DNA of 64,000 nucleotides from an uncultured Acidobacteriota bacterium (GCA_963741955.1 CAVUKB010000007.1:1-64000); one strand, 5' to 3'; numbered from the stretch's first letter, positions 51,680 to 63,039 are shown. The notes: generated by a model from the letters alone, not told the origin. Numbers and translations: made by a program.

Positions 51680-51836
51680 TATCTGATATCTATTATCGAT
51701 TATCTGACACGATAATTACGATCGCTATTAATTCATTAGATATCAGTTATCAATAACGATTGGATATAAACACACAAACCACAGACCCGAATTACTGACA
51801 GATAATAGATAATAGATAACAGATAATAGATAAACC
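51667..51836. repeat. AT-rich intergenic insert with inverted heptamer tracts
   Basis: (ATCTGAT)3 ATCTATT ATCGATT on the left; five (T/C)AGATAA on the right. Confidence 0.8.
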
Positions 51837-52619
51837 ATGTCTCTCACAGGATTTCTCACCGACTCGACCCTCTGCATCGGCTGCAAGGCATGCGAAGTGG
51901 CGTGCAAGGAATGGAACGAGGTGCCGGAGGATGGCCTCGTCTGGAGCGGGATGTCGTACGACAACACCCTCGCTCTCGGCGGATCGACCTGGCGGCACGT
52001 GAAGTTCCTCGAATTCGATCCGGAGATCGGGAAGGGAGGAAACTCCGCGGAGCGGGTGACGTGGGAGTTCTCCTCGGATGTCTGCAAGCATTGCGAAGTC
52101 GCCGGATGCCTCGAGGCGTGTCCGACCGGCTCGATCGTCCGCACCGAGTTCGGAGGCGTCTACGTCCAGCCGGACGTCTGCAACGGATGCGGATACTGTG
52201 TGGTCACCTGCCCGTTCGGGGTGATCGACAAGCGCATCGAAGACGGACGGATGTTCAAGTGCACGTTCTGCTACGACCGTCAGAAGGCGGGGGCGGAGCC
52301 TGCCTGTGCGAAGGCGTGCCCGACTCAGTCGATTCTGTTCGGCGATCTCGACACGCTGCGGGAGCGTGCAGGTGAACGAATCCGCGAGCTCCAGTCCGCG
52401 GGGATGGACGACGCGACGCTGTGGGATCCGCAGCACACCACGGTGGAAGGAACGCACGCGATCTTCATCGTGCGTGGGGATCCGGCGAGTTACAACCTTC
52501 CCCCGAATCCGGAAGTACCACAGGCGAAGCTCTATGCCGGATGGATGTCGGCCGCCGTCACGGCCGGGGCGATCCTTCTCGGTTCGGTGGTCGCGTTCGC
52601 CGCAGGAGGCCGCCGATGA
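51837..52619 (+). CDS. fdnH: Formate dehydrogenase 4Fe-4S beta subunit
   Basis: CIGCKACEVACKEWN, CKHC..CLEACPT, CNGCGYCVVTCPF and KCTFCYDR..ACAKACP; C-terminal TM helix. Confidence 0.9.
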   Translation: MSLTGFLTDSTLCIGCKACEVACKEWNEVPEDGLVWSGMSYDNTLALGGSTWRHVKFLEFDPEIGKGGNSAERVTWEFSSDVCKHCEVAGCLEACPTGSIVRTEFGGVYVQPDVCNGCGYCVVTCPFGVIDKRIEDGRMFKCTFCYDRQKAGAEPACAKACPTQSILFGDLDTLRERAGERIRELQSAGMDDATLWDPQHTTVEGTHAIFIVRGDPASYNLPPNPEVPQAKLYAGWMSAAVTAGAILLGSVVAFAAGGRR

Positions 52620-53623
52620 AGGAACGGATTCCGAGCCGGGTCAGCGAAGCGCGCCTCGACCAGCTCCGTCAGGAAGCAGAAATCCGGGGACGGGTGAAGG
52701 AGCCGGGGATCCGACCGCTCGGCGCTCCTTTCCCGCAGGCGACCCCGGAGCACGGCTACTACGGACTTCCTCTGCTCAAGAAGCCGACCTGGAAGTGGGA
52801 GATCCCGGCATACTTTTTCGTCGGCGGCGCGGCAGGAGCCGCTGCGGTCGTCGGTGCTGCGGCCCAGCTGAGTGGTGACGAACGGCTGGTGCGTGAGGCA
52901 CGCTGGGTTGCCGCGGCCGGAGCGACTCTTTCTGCTCCGCTGCTCGTCTCCGACCTCGGCCGGCCGGAACGTTTTCTCGCCATGCTCCGGGTGTTCAAGC
53001 TCCAGAGCCCGATGTCGGTCGGTGCGTGGACGCTGACCGCATTCGGTTCGACCAGTGCGGCAGCGGCGTTCGCGAAGTTGATCGAGGAGAAGAGCGAGGG
53101 GCGCACGCCGGTTCGCATTCTCGGCGACGCGGCTGCGGCGCTCTCCGCGGCGACCGGTCTCGGAATGGCGACCTACACCGGAGTCCTCGTCGGCGCGACG
53201 GCGATCCCGGTGTGGCAGGAGAACGTGCGGCTCCTCCCTCTCCACTTCGGCGCGTCGGCTCTCGCCTCGGCCGTCTCCCTCCTCGAGCTTCTCGGCAATC
53301 GCAACGGCGCGCTGAACGCACTCGGCTTCGGCGCCGCGGTGGTCGAGACCGGAGTCGGAGCGGTCTTCGAGAATGAAACCGGACGCGCGTTCAAGCCGCT
53401 CAAAGAGGGAGAGAGCGGAACGATCACCCGAATCGGCGGCGTCCTCTCCGGACCGGCGCCGCTTCTGCTCCGTCTCGCCAGTGCACTGGTCGGGAGCGGA
53501 TGGCGCCTCCGTCAGGCCGCAGCGGTCTCCAGTCTCGCCGGATCGCTGATCACACGCTACGCATGGCTCGAAGCGGGAAAAGAATCGGCGAAGGATCCGA
53601 CGATCCCGCTCGAGATCGAGTGA
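52616..53623 (+). CDS. NrfD/PsrC-family membrane anchor
   Basis: PTWKWEIPAYFFVGG, DLGRPERF, SPMSVGAW and YTGVLVGATAIPVW; ATGA overlap with the beta subunit. Confidence 0.9.
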   Translation: MKERIPSRVSEARLDQLRQEAEIRGRVKEPGIRPLGAPFPQATPEHGYYGLPLLKKPTWKWEIPAYFFVGGAAGAAAVVGAAAQLSGDERLVREARWVAAAGATLSAPLLVSDLGRPERFLAMLRVFKLQSPMSVGAWTLTAFGSTSAAAAFAKLIEEKSEGRTPVRILGDAAAALSAATGLGMATYTGVLVGATAIPVWQENVRLLPLHFGASALASAVSLLELLGNRNGALNALGFGAAVVETGVGAVFENETGRAFKPLKEGESGTITRIGGVLSGPAPLLLRLASALVGSGWRLRQAAAVSSLAGSLITRYAWLEAGKESAKDPTIPLEIE

Positions 53624-53651
53624 ACCGCGTCGTTCGGACGAAAGACTCCAG

Positions 53652-54185
53652 CTACGGCCCGACCGTGAAGCGGTCGATCATCCACTGACCGCTCTCGGCT
53701 TTGCGGAACCTCACCCGCGAAGGCTGTGGTCCGGGAGCCGGGATCTGCTGCGATTGCCGTCCGAACGCCGTCGGTTCCCAGTCCCACGTGAATTCGACGT
53801 CGGCCATCCGCTCATCGGCATTGACGGTCTTCACGTCCTTGAGCTGCCGGTGAGCGGTCGGGATCTTCCAGAGCGTCAGTGAGCCGTACGGTTCGCTCTT
53901 CCACCCCTTCGACGCTTCTCTTCCCTTCGCAGTCAGCTGGCAGCTCCCGGCGCCGCCTCCCTCCGGGAACTGGCAGGCGATGAAGCCGTTCGCGGTCGCG
54001 GCCATCTGTGACGCGTAGTAGCTGTACTCCTCGGTCAGTCCGTCTCCGGTATAGATCTGACCGACTGCGGGCTCGCTGAATTCCTTCGACTGCTCGATCA
54101 GCTTCGTCGCTTCCTCTTTCGGAATCCCGGAAGAACAGGCGAGCACGAAGAAGGACGCGGCGGCAAGGATGGCGAGACGTTTCAT
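53652..54185 (-). CDS. Hypothetical lipoprotein
   Basis: MKRLAILAAASFFVLA-C lipobox. Confidence 0.7.
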   Translation of the reverse strand: MKRLAILAAASFFVLACSSGIPKEEATKLIEQSKEFSEPAVGQIYTGDGLTEEYSYYASQMAATANGFIACQFPEGGGAGSCQLTAKGREASKGWKSEPYGSLTLWKIPTAHRQLKDVKTVNADERMADVEFTWDWEPTAFGRQSQQIPAPGPQPSRVRFRKAESGQWMIDRFTVGP

Positions 54186-54336
54186 CGACTCTTCCTTTCG
54201 CCCGGACGATGAACGGTGAGAGCTCCGGGCCGGGTCGTTTGCACGCCGATGTTATCAAAGTGTCGCGATGGAGGGTCATCTCCTCCGAGGCGGATTTTCG
54301 CATTCGGAGCAGGTTCTGCTGATGAGGAGGGGCCAG

Positions 54337-54513
54337 CCCGCATTTCTCACACCGTCTCGTCGCGAGGAGGCGGAGAGTGGCTTGGATGCAAGGCGCGCGC
54401 AGTTTCGGCGACGAAGGCATAGTGGTGACTATGTTGAGGAGCCGAAGCTGTGCGCAACGTGGCAGACAGGCCGCTATCCGTCTCCGCAGCAGAGACGATG
54501 TGAGAAATGCGGG
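54337..54513. mobile_element. MITE-A (177 bp), copy 1
   Basis: TIR CCCGCATTTCTCACA / TGTGAGAAATGCGGG; flanked by CCAG and CTAG; near-identical copy at 62863-63039. Confidence 0.85.
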
Positions 54514-54517
54514 CTAG

Positions 54518-54676
54518 GAGTCTGCGCGGTAGAAACTGTCCTACTGCGAAAGCGGATCAACGGTCCAAATCCGCCCGGATTTTCGGCGAGTAGCCACCGC
54601 TACGCACCTCAAATCCGAACGAATTTGGCCTCGTTGCTCCGCTTTCTCGCTACGGACGTTTCTATCGCGCAGACTC
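54518..54676. mobile_element. MITE-B (159 bp), copy 2
   Basis: GAGTCTGCGCG...CGCGCAGACTC with CTAG on both sides. Confidence 0.88.
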
Positions 54677-54691
54677 CTAGAAGTCCGATCG

Positions 54692-55432
54692 CTACTGCAG
54701 CTCGCGGAACCAGCGGTTCGCGCGGGGAAGGAAGTAGTGGCCGTAATCGAGCGAGAACGCCACCGCGGTGGCTCGGCCGACGATGCGCTTGCGGGGGATC
54801 GGCCCGAGATAACGGCTGTCGTAACTGTCGTCGCGATTGTCGCCCATCACGAAATACGAATTCGGGGGGACCTGGATCGGACCATACGTGCGAAGGGCTG
54901 GAGCATCGGGGAGAAGCATGATGTCGTGATGCACGCCGTCGAGGTTTTCCTGTGCGATCTCGACGCGTGAGCCGCGGCGCACTCCCTCCGCATCGACGGC
55001 GTCTCCTTCGAGCAACCGGTACGACATCGCTCTTCCGTTGATCACCACCCGTTCGTCGCGGATCTCGATCACGTCACCGGGAAGCCCGATCACCCGTTTC
55101 ACCAGGCGCGTGCCGTCCTTCGGTGAGAAAAAGACGACGATGTCGCCGCGTTTCGGATTGGTCCAGGTCGAGATGTGCGTGGTGGTGAAGGGAACCTTCA
55201 GGTCGTACGCGACCTTGTTCACCACGACACGGTCGCCTTCGACGATGGTCGGTTTCATCGAAGCGGTGGGGACGTCGTTCCAGTCCGCGAGGGCCGAGCG
55301 GAGCGACCCGAGGCAGATGGCGATGATCAGAAACGGAAGAATCCACTCTTTCCAGAGGTAGCGTGCACCTCGAGTCACACTGCTCTCCGGCTCTGCGGCG
55401 TCGCCGGCCGTCTCTCTGATCGCGTCGGACAT
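54692..55432 (-). CDS. lepB: Signal peptidase I
   Basis: VPTASMKPT, LVKRVIGLPGD and GDNRDDSYDSR; start uncertain. Confidence 0.92.
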   Translation of the reverse strand: MSDAIRETAGDAAEPESSVTRGARYLWKEWILPFLIIAICLGSLRSALADWNDVPTASMKPTIVEGDRVVVNKVAYDLKVPFTTTHISTWTNPKRGDIVVFFSPKDGTRLVKRVIGLPGDVIEIRDERVVINGRAMSYRLLEGDAVDAEGVRRGSRVEIAQENLDGVHHDIMLLPDAPALRTYGPIQVPPNSYFVMGDNRDDSYDSRYLGPIPRKRIVGRATAVAFSLDYGHYFLPRANRWFRELQ

Positions 55433-55562
55433 GCTTAGGATCCCTTTCGTGCCTGCCGGACAGAACATCGGGGTACGGTTCATTGCTTCCATCAGGGACC
55501 GCCGCGCACGGCGGCGGAGGTTTCGAGAGATGCGCCGAACCGGCTACAATGACTCACTCACC

Positions 55563-56804
55563 GTGACGACCACTGCCGAATCGATCCCTCCCTCCGTTTC
55601 CACGATTGCAGCGCCGGTCGAAGGGGTGCGCGAGCGCCTGACGTCGCTCGACGTCTTCCGCGGCATCACCATCGCGGGGATGCTCCTGGTGAACGATCCC
55701 GGCAGCTGGGGGGCGATCTATCCTCCGCTCGAGCATGCGCCGTGGCACGGCTGGACTCCGACGGACCTGATCTTCCCGTTCTTCCTCTTCATCGTCGGAA
55801 TCACGACCCATCTTTCGCTCACGGCGCGACGTGCTCGCGGAGCGGACGAGCGGGAACTGCTCCGGCAGATCCTCCGCCGCGGGACGATCATCCTTCTGAT
55901 CGGACTCTTCCTGAACGCATTCCCGTTCTTCGCCTGGTGGAAACTCGACGGCATTGCGAACCCGACCTTCATGCAGCGCGTGGTGTGGCGGTTCGCGCAC
56001 ATGCGCTTTCCCGGAGTGCTGCCGCGGATCGGGGTCGCGTACATGATCGGAGCGCTCCTCACGTTCCGTACGTCGGTCCGCCAGCAGCTGGCGATTCTCG
56101 GCGGAATCCTGGTCGGATACTGGGCGGTGATGACTCTGGTGCCCGTGCCGGGGACGGGAGTGATCGGGGCACAGCTTCTCGACCGGCCGGAACTCGTCCT
56201 CTCGGCGTGGCTCGACCGGATCGTCTTCGGCCCGCACCTCTGGGCGCAGACGAAGACGTGGGATCCGGAGGGACTCCTCTCGACCGTTCCCGCGGTCGGC
56301 ACGGTGATTCTCGGCGTGCTGGCGGGGAGGTGGATCGGAAGCGGGCGACCCCTCCAGGAACGGCTGAACGGACTCTTCGCCGTCGGCTCGCTGACCATGG
56401 TCGCGGGGCTGGCGTGGAACTGGGTGTTTCCCATCAACAAGAATCTCTGGACCAGCTCCTACGTCCTCTTCACCGCGGGCATGGGAGCGGTCACTCTCGC
56501 GACGTGCATCTGGATCATCGACGTGAAGAAGATGCGCGGATGGTCGAAGCCGTTCGTGGTGTTCGGCATCAACCCGATTCTCGCCTTCGCCGGATCGGCA
56601 TTCATGGCGCGGATGATCTATTCGCTGATCAAAGTGACCTACCAGGGGAGGACGGTGCCGATCGAGGCCGCGATCTACCATGGCGCATTCGCCAGCTGGT
56701 TGCCGCCACGCCCCGCATCGCTCGCTTTCGCGATCTGTTTCGTCCTTCTCTGGCTGGCGATCCTCTGGCCACTTCACGAACGAAACATCATCATCAAGAT
56801 CTGA
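55563..56804 (+). CDS. DUF5009 / HGSNAT-like membrane acyltransferase
   Basis: RLTSLDVFRG, DLIFPFFLFIVG, DPEGLLST and PINKNLWTSSY; start uncertain. Confidence 0.88.
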   Translation: MTTTAESIPPSVSTIAAPVEGVRERLTSLDVFRGITIAGMLLVNDPGSWGAIYPPLEHAPWHGWTPTDLIFPFFLFIVGITTHLSLTARRARGADERELLRQILRRGTIILLIGLFLNAFPFFAWWKLDGIANPTFMQRVVWRFAHMRFPGVLPRIGVAYMIGALLTFRTSVRQQLAILGGILVGYWAVMTLVPVPGTGVIGAQLLDRPELVLSAWLDRIVFGPHLWAQTKTWDPEGLLSTVPAVGTVILGVLAGRWIGSGRPLQERLNGLFAVGSLTMVAGLAWNWVFPINKNLWTSSYVLFTAGMGAVTLATCIWIIDVKKMRGWSKPFVVFGINPILAFAGSAFMARMIYSLIKVTYQGRTVPIEAAIYHGAFASWLPPRPASLAFAICFVLLWLAILWPLHERNIIIKI

Positions 56805-56813
56805 CCCCTTTCG

Positions 56814-57458
56814 ATGCGCGCCCTTCGAATCGCCACGCTCCTGATCCTGATCGCGGCCTCTGCGGCCGTCGCGGGTGATCTGCGCATCATGATTTTCGAC
56901 CCGTCGCAGGGAATCGCGGGGTGGGAGTCGAAGAGCTTCGCAGGGAAGACCGAATACACGCTCGGCGCACGCGAGGGACGGATGTGCCTGCACGCGGCCA
57001 GCAGCGACAGCGCCTCTGCGCTGATCCACTCCGTGGACGTCGATCTCGAGAAGACTCCCTACCTTCACTGGTCGTGGAGGATCGCGGCAACGATGGGTAG
57101 CGTCGACGAGCGCACGCGCAAAGGCGATGATTACCCGGCGCGGATCTACATCGTCTTCGCACGAACGACGCTTTTCTCTCTTCCTTCGGGGATCAACTAC
57201 GTCTGGACATCGCAACTGCCGGCGGGAACGGTCTGGACGAACGCTTTCGTCTCACGCGTGCGGATGATCGCAATTCGCTCGGGGATGGAACAGGCGCGCT
57301 CGTGGATCGACGAGCGACGAAACGTCCTGGCGGACGCGCGCTCTCTCTTCGGGGAGGACGTTCCCCGCGTCGTCGCGGTCGGCCTGATGACCGACAGCGA
57401 CAATACCGGCGGTCGCTCGTCCGCCGATTACGGACAGATCTGGTTCGCGAACGACTGA
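56814..57458 (+). CDS. DUF3047 family secreted protein
   Basis: Signal peptide; TPYLHWSWR, GDDYPARIY and MTDSDNTGG motifs. Confidence 0.85.
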   Translation: MRALRIATLLILIAASAAVAGDLRIMIFDPSQGIAGWESKSFAGKTEYTLGAREGRMCLHAASSDSASALIHSVDVDLEKTPYLHWSWRIAATMGSVDERTRKGDDYPARIYIVFARTTLFSLPSGINYVWTSQLPAGTVWTNAFVSRVRMIAIRSGMEQARSWIDERRNVLADARSLFGEDVPRVVAVGLMTDSDNTGGRSSADYGQIWFAND

Positions 57459-57566
57459 GCGCGCACCTTCCCGTCACCGTGTTCCGGAACGCCTGTCGCT
57501 TTCTCTCGGAGAAGCGGTCGTGAACCCCTGAGCGCCGGCTGTCGTAGTGTTCCGCCGCCGCTACCC

Positions 57567-58577
57567 CTACTTCGATTCCGCGGTGAGGGCGTCCGTCCGG
57601 TATCCGAGTTTTCGGAGCAGCGGGTCGAACTGATCGAGGCGGGAGACGCTCTTCGACCACGGAGTCAACATGGTGTAGAACCTCGTCCCGGTCACCGCCG
57701 GATCGCCGAAGTCCTTGTCCATTCCGATCATCGGGTCGAGGATGAGCAGCCCGAGTGTGAGCCCTTCCACCGGACTCCACGCCCCGCGGACGTGCCCCTT
57801 TCGGAACCCGCTGGTGTAGAAGAACGACGCCTCTTCTCCTTCTCTCCCGATCACCGGAAGGTGGTGAAGATCATCCATCGGGCGGAGCTCGAGCTGCTGC
57901 GCGACGCCGTCAGGCACGGTCTCGGTCGAGGTCATGGTGTGGACGCGGTGGGTGCGCGAATCCATGGCGACGAGGAGGCGGCGATGCGGGATCAGCGGAT
58001 GCGGAACGATCGCGTCGAGCTGTTTTCCCCACACCTTCTTCGTCCCCTCGGGATATCCGTCGGGTAGGACGGCTTTCGGAAGGAGATCGGTGGGGAGAAG
58101 CGCTCGATAGCAGCCGCACGTGTACACCGTGGTGACGAAAAGGGGGTCGAGCGTTAGGGCATCGAGAGTGACGAGGGTAAGGAGACCCGCGTTGCGGTGA
58201 CGTTCGTAGAAGACGTGCGGGGTCAGCGGGAGTGCGGTGAAGTGGATGCGGTAGAGCAGATGGACGACGTCGCGGCCTCCGATCCGGTCTCGGAGAGTGG
58301 AGACGAACACGGTATGGCGGTCGGGGTCGACGCCGACGTGCTCGCGTCCGTTCACCGCGCGGACCTCGGGCGTCCCGATCCGGTTGAACTCCAACTGGCC
58401 GTCGTCGATCTCGAAGATCGGCGCATAGCACGGGAGAAGCTGTTGCGGTTCCCGGCTCGCAGCCTGCTCCGGAGAGCACTCGGGGGCGGAGTAGACCCAC
58501 GACTCTGCGCGTGCCGTCGGTGAAAAGACGAGCGCTGCCATGAACACGGCGAGTACCGCGATGCTCTTCTCCATCAT
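57567..58577 (-). CDS. Secreted hypothetical protein
   Basis: Signal peptide and AGGAG RBS; YAPIF..NRIGTP and VYTCGCY. Confidence 0.7.
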   Translation of the reverse strand: MMEKSIAVLAVFMAALVFSPTARAESWVYSAPECSPEQAASREPQQLLPCYAPIFEIDDGQLEFNRIGTPEVRAVNGREHVGVDPDRHTVFVSTLRDRIGGRDVVHLLYRIHFTALPLTPHVFYERHRNAGLLTLVTLDALTLDPLFVTTVYTCGCYRALLPTDLLPKAVLPDGYPEGTKKVWGKQLDAIVPHPLIPHRRLLVAMDSRTHRVHTMTSTETVPDGVAQQLELRPMDDLHHLPVIGREGEEASFFYTSGFRKGHVRGAWSPVEGLTLGLLILDPMIGMDKDFGDPAVTGTRFYTMLTPWSKSVSRLDQFDPLLRKLGYRTDALTAESK

Positions 58578-58799
58578 GTCTCCTGTTGGATGTTCTGCAG
58601 CGAAGAACGTGACGGATGCGCGGTCTGTTCCGCACAACGCGCGATGGGAGCTCCCGCGGGAACGCCCGAGCGGCAGGCGGTCTATTCTTTTGTGAGGCTC
58701 TGCTAAAGAATAATATTCTGTATGGACAGATCTTCCGCGAATTTAGTTCTGTCAATCGATTCCTGCACCGAACACTCCGCCGTACGGAGAGGTGCCGGA

Positions 58800-60025
58800 T
58801 CACTCGTACCGCAGCGCTTCGATCGGATCGAGCCCGGCGGCTTTCCGCGCGGGGTACACACCGAAGACGATTCCGATGCCGGCGGCGCAGCCGAATGCGA
58901 GCGCGATGGAGCTGGATGTGACCGAGACGGGCCAGCCCGCCGCGTGCGACAGCATCCGCGACGCGCCGACTCCGAGAAGCACTCCGATCGCTCCTCCTGC
59001 GACGGAAAGGGCGATCGCCTCCAGTAGGAACTGGAGGAGCACGTGCCTTCCCTTCGCGCCCACGGCCATCCGGATGCCGATCTCCCGGGTCCGCTCGGTC
59101 ACCGAGACGAGCATGATGTTCATGATCCCGATTCCGCCGACGATGAGGGAGATCGCGGCGACCGACCCGAGGAGCAGCTTCAGCGTGCGCGAGGTATCTG
59201 CGGCGCGTGAGGCGATCTCCTCCTGGGAGCGCATCATGAAATCGGTGTCCTGACCCGGCTGGATGTGATGCCGCTGGCGCAGGACGGCGTCGATCTCGTG
59301 CTGCGCCTCCTCCACCCGGCTCTCCGAGACTGCGGAGACGTAGATGATCTGGAGTTTGGTGGTGCCGATCAGCCGCTTCATCGCCGTGGTGTACGGGATC
59401 ACGATGGTGTCGTCCTGATCCTGCCCCATGGTCGATCCACCCTTCCGTTCCAGCACGCCGTCCACCCGGAACGGGACGTTTCTGATCCGGATCACCTGTC
59501 CGACCGGATTCCCCTCCGGGAAGAGATTCTCCGACACGGTTTTTCCGATCACCGCGACCTTCGAACCTGCCTTGACTTCGCCGTCGGTGAAGAACTCCCC
59601 TTCGTCGACGTTCCAGGCCCGGATCATCGGCCAGTCGACGTCGACGCCGTTGATCGAGGTTCCCCAGTTCATCTCCCCGGCCACGACCTGGGCCGCGGTG
59701 CGGACGCCGGGGGAGACGTACGCCACGCTCGGGCACTCGGTCTTGATCGCCTGCGCGTCTTCGGGGGTGAGGTTCGACTGGCCGGTGAAGATGTGCGCGC
59801 CGGATTGGGTCGAGGCCCCGGGAAAGATCATGATGAAGTTGCTGCCGAGCGAGTTGATGGTCGCCTGAACCGACTGCGAAGCGCCGCTCGCGACGGCGAC
59901 CATCGCGATCACGCACGCCACACCGATCACGATCCCGAGCATGGTCAGTGCGGAGCGGAGCTTGTTGCGTGCGATCGCCTTCAGCCCGACCCGCGAGATG
60001 TTCCAGAAGCGGAGTACGGAAGCTC

Positions 60026-60029
<4 letters not shown>
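58800..60029 (-). CDS. MacB-family ABC permease
   Basis: RSALTMLGIVIGV, IGIMNIMLVSVTERTREIGIRMAVGA and DPIEALRYE. Confidence 0.93.
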
Positions 60030-60753
<724 letters not shown>

Positions 60754-60757
<4 letters not shown>

Positions 60758-62013
60758 AATCGTCCCATCCGCGGGCCGCGCCGCCCCTCTTCGGCCTTCG
60801 CCGTCACCTTTCCGACGACCACTTTGTCGCCCGGCTTCAGTTCTCCGTCCACCACGGCGGTGAACCGTCCGTCGCTGATGCCGGTTCGGATCTTCACCGG
60901 ACGGAGTGCGTCGTTCGGCCCGAGCACATACACCGTCTGCATGTGCCGGTCGTGCCGGCGCCCGCCGACGGCGGCACCCATCGCGCCGATTCCGCCTCCT
61001 TCACCGCTCGTCGCGACGGAGCGCTCGAACGACGTGGAAGGCCCGGTCTCGGGTCCGTTGCCGCTCTTCCTGCCGGTGGCGTCCGGGTCGGGGCGGAACC
61101 GAAGTGCCGCGTTCGGGACGCGGAGCACATTCGGGACGGACGCGACGTCGATGGTGACATTGGCGGTCATCTGCGGTCGAAGTCGTTTGTCGGGATTCGG
61201 GACCTGAATGATCACGGGGTACGTGACCACGTTCTGGTTGGTAGTCGCGTTGAGCCGGATCTGCGAGATCTTTCCCTGGAACGTCTCTTCCGGATAAGCG
61301 TCGACGGTGAATCGTGCGGTCTGGCCGACGCGGACGCGGCCTATGTCCGACTGATCGACGTCGGCCTGGACCTGCATCTTGGTGAGGTCCTGGGCGATGG
61401 TGAAGAGCGTCGGAGCCTGAAACGAAGCAGCCACCGTCTGGCCGACGTCGTACTGGCGCGCCGCGACCACCCCATCGATCGGGGAGAGGATCCTGGTGTA
61501 CTGCAGATTCGTCTCGGCCTGCCGCAGTGCCGCACGTGACATGTCGAGCTGCGCACGCGCCGCATCGTAGGCCGCCTTTGCCGTGTCGAGATCGGCCTGG
61601 GCGGTCAGTCCCTGATCGACGAGACGCTTCTGGCGCTGGTAAGTGATCTGCGAATTACGAACTTCCACCTCCGAGCGCTCGGCGTCAGCCCGTCGCTGTT
61701 CCACCTGTGCCTGGAACGGCGTCGGATCGAGCTCCGCGATCAGCTGTCCCTTCTTCACCGGGCTGTTGAAGTCCGCGTAGAGCCGGGAAATGACACCCGA
61801 GACCTGACTTCCGACCTGCACGGTGGTCACCGCCGAGAGCGTGCCGGTCGCGGTCACGGTCATGGTGACGGTGCCGCGATCCGCAGCGAAGGAGCGGTAG
61901 GCTTCTTCCGATTTGTTCTTTCGTCCGGCGAATGCTTTCCATCCGAGAACGAAGATGATGCCGAGCACGAGAATTGTGACGGCCCAGCGAAGGGGGGTTC
62001 TTCTCTTTTCCAT
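60754..62013 (-). CDS. MacA-like periplasmic adaptor subunit
   Basis: N-terminal TM; VQVGSQVSG, VKKGQLIAELD, SPIDGVV and GQTVAASFQAPTLF. Confidence 0.92.
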
Positions 62014-62304
62014 GGGGCTCCCTGGACGATCCGGGCGACGACTCTGACACTCATTGCGGCCCGGCGATTCGACAATTCTGTAACGTTTCGTCGCACGGCC
62101 GTCTTCCTCTAACTGCCCCCCAGGTCGTGGCTGAAGTGTGACGATCTCCCCATCCTTTCCTGACAGGACCGTGCGATTGTAAAAACGGAGTAATTCCACC
62201 CATTTGGGGGATGACGCCGGGGGAGCCGCGGGCCGATCATGAAGATCCGGGATGAAACGGAAGCGGTGGGGAAGACACCCAGTCATGCAGGAGGCGGGAC
62301 TCAA

Positions 62305-62862
62305 ATGGGTCGCTACATCCAGAAGGTATCGATCGGATCGAGGGAGACGTGGGTCGGCTGGATCCTCGACGGCATCGAAGGGGAGATCGACGGATTGACT
62401 CCGGCCGACGAGATGTCGGAAGAGGAGCTTGCCCTGAAAGGGGTCCGCGAGTTCCATCAGGCTCCGCGGGCCATGCTCGGTCAGGTCGAGAAGCGTCGTC
62501 GTCGCCGGATCCGGCTCTCGGCGCCCCTGCAGGCGAACGTCAATTCACGGACGGCGGAAGTGTGGGATCTGAGCTCGAGCGGAGTCGGGATCCAGCACCA
62601 GTTCAAGCTCAAACCCGCCACGGAGATCACGGTGGAGATCCAGGGCCCGGAAGGCCGGAGGTCACTCCGGTTCGAGGTGCTTCGCTGCGAGCTCTCCCGG
62701 AGTCTGAAGGCGACCGGAGAGATCCTCTACTACTCGGCGCTCAGACTCGCGGATGGAGCGATGGACGCCGGCGAGTTTCTCCGGCGGTTGATGGACCGCA
62801 ATGCGGACAACGCGTTCGGCCTCCCGGACGGGGCGGCGCGTTCACGTCACGCATTCCTCTAG
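62305..62862 (+). CDS. PilZ-domain protein
   Basis: EKRRRRRI (RxxxR) and WDLSSSG (DxSxxG); GGAGG RBS before ATG 62305. Confidence 0.7.
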   Translation: MGRYIQKVSIGSRETWVGWILDGIEGEIDGLTPADEMSEEELALKGVREFHQAPRAMLGQVEKRRRRRIRLSAPLQANVNSRTAEVWDLSSSGVGIQHQFKLKPATEITVEIQGPEGRRSLRFEVLRCELSRSLKATGEILYYSALRLADGAMDAGEFLRRLMDRNADNAFGLPDGAARSRHAFL

Positions 62863-63039
62863 CCCGCATTTCTCACACCGTCTCGTCGCGAGGAGGCGGA
62901 GAGTGACTTGGATGCAAGGCGCGCCCGGCTTCGGCGACGAAGGCATAGTGGTGACTATGTCGAGGAGCCGAAGCGGGGCGCAACGCAGCAGACACACCGC
63001 TATCCGTCTCCGCAGCAGAGATGGTGTGAGAAATGCGGG
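62863..63039. mobile_element. MITE-A (177 bp), copy 2
   Basis: Same TIRs as copy 1; perfect CTAG on both sides (62859-62862, 63040-63043). Confidence 0.88.

Noticed and set aside
58690-58755. Sigma70 promoter (TTGACA on the minus strand at 58750-58755)
   Set aside because: No convincing -10 hexamer at 16-18 bp spacing.
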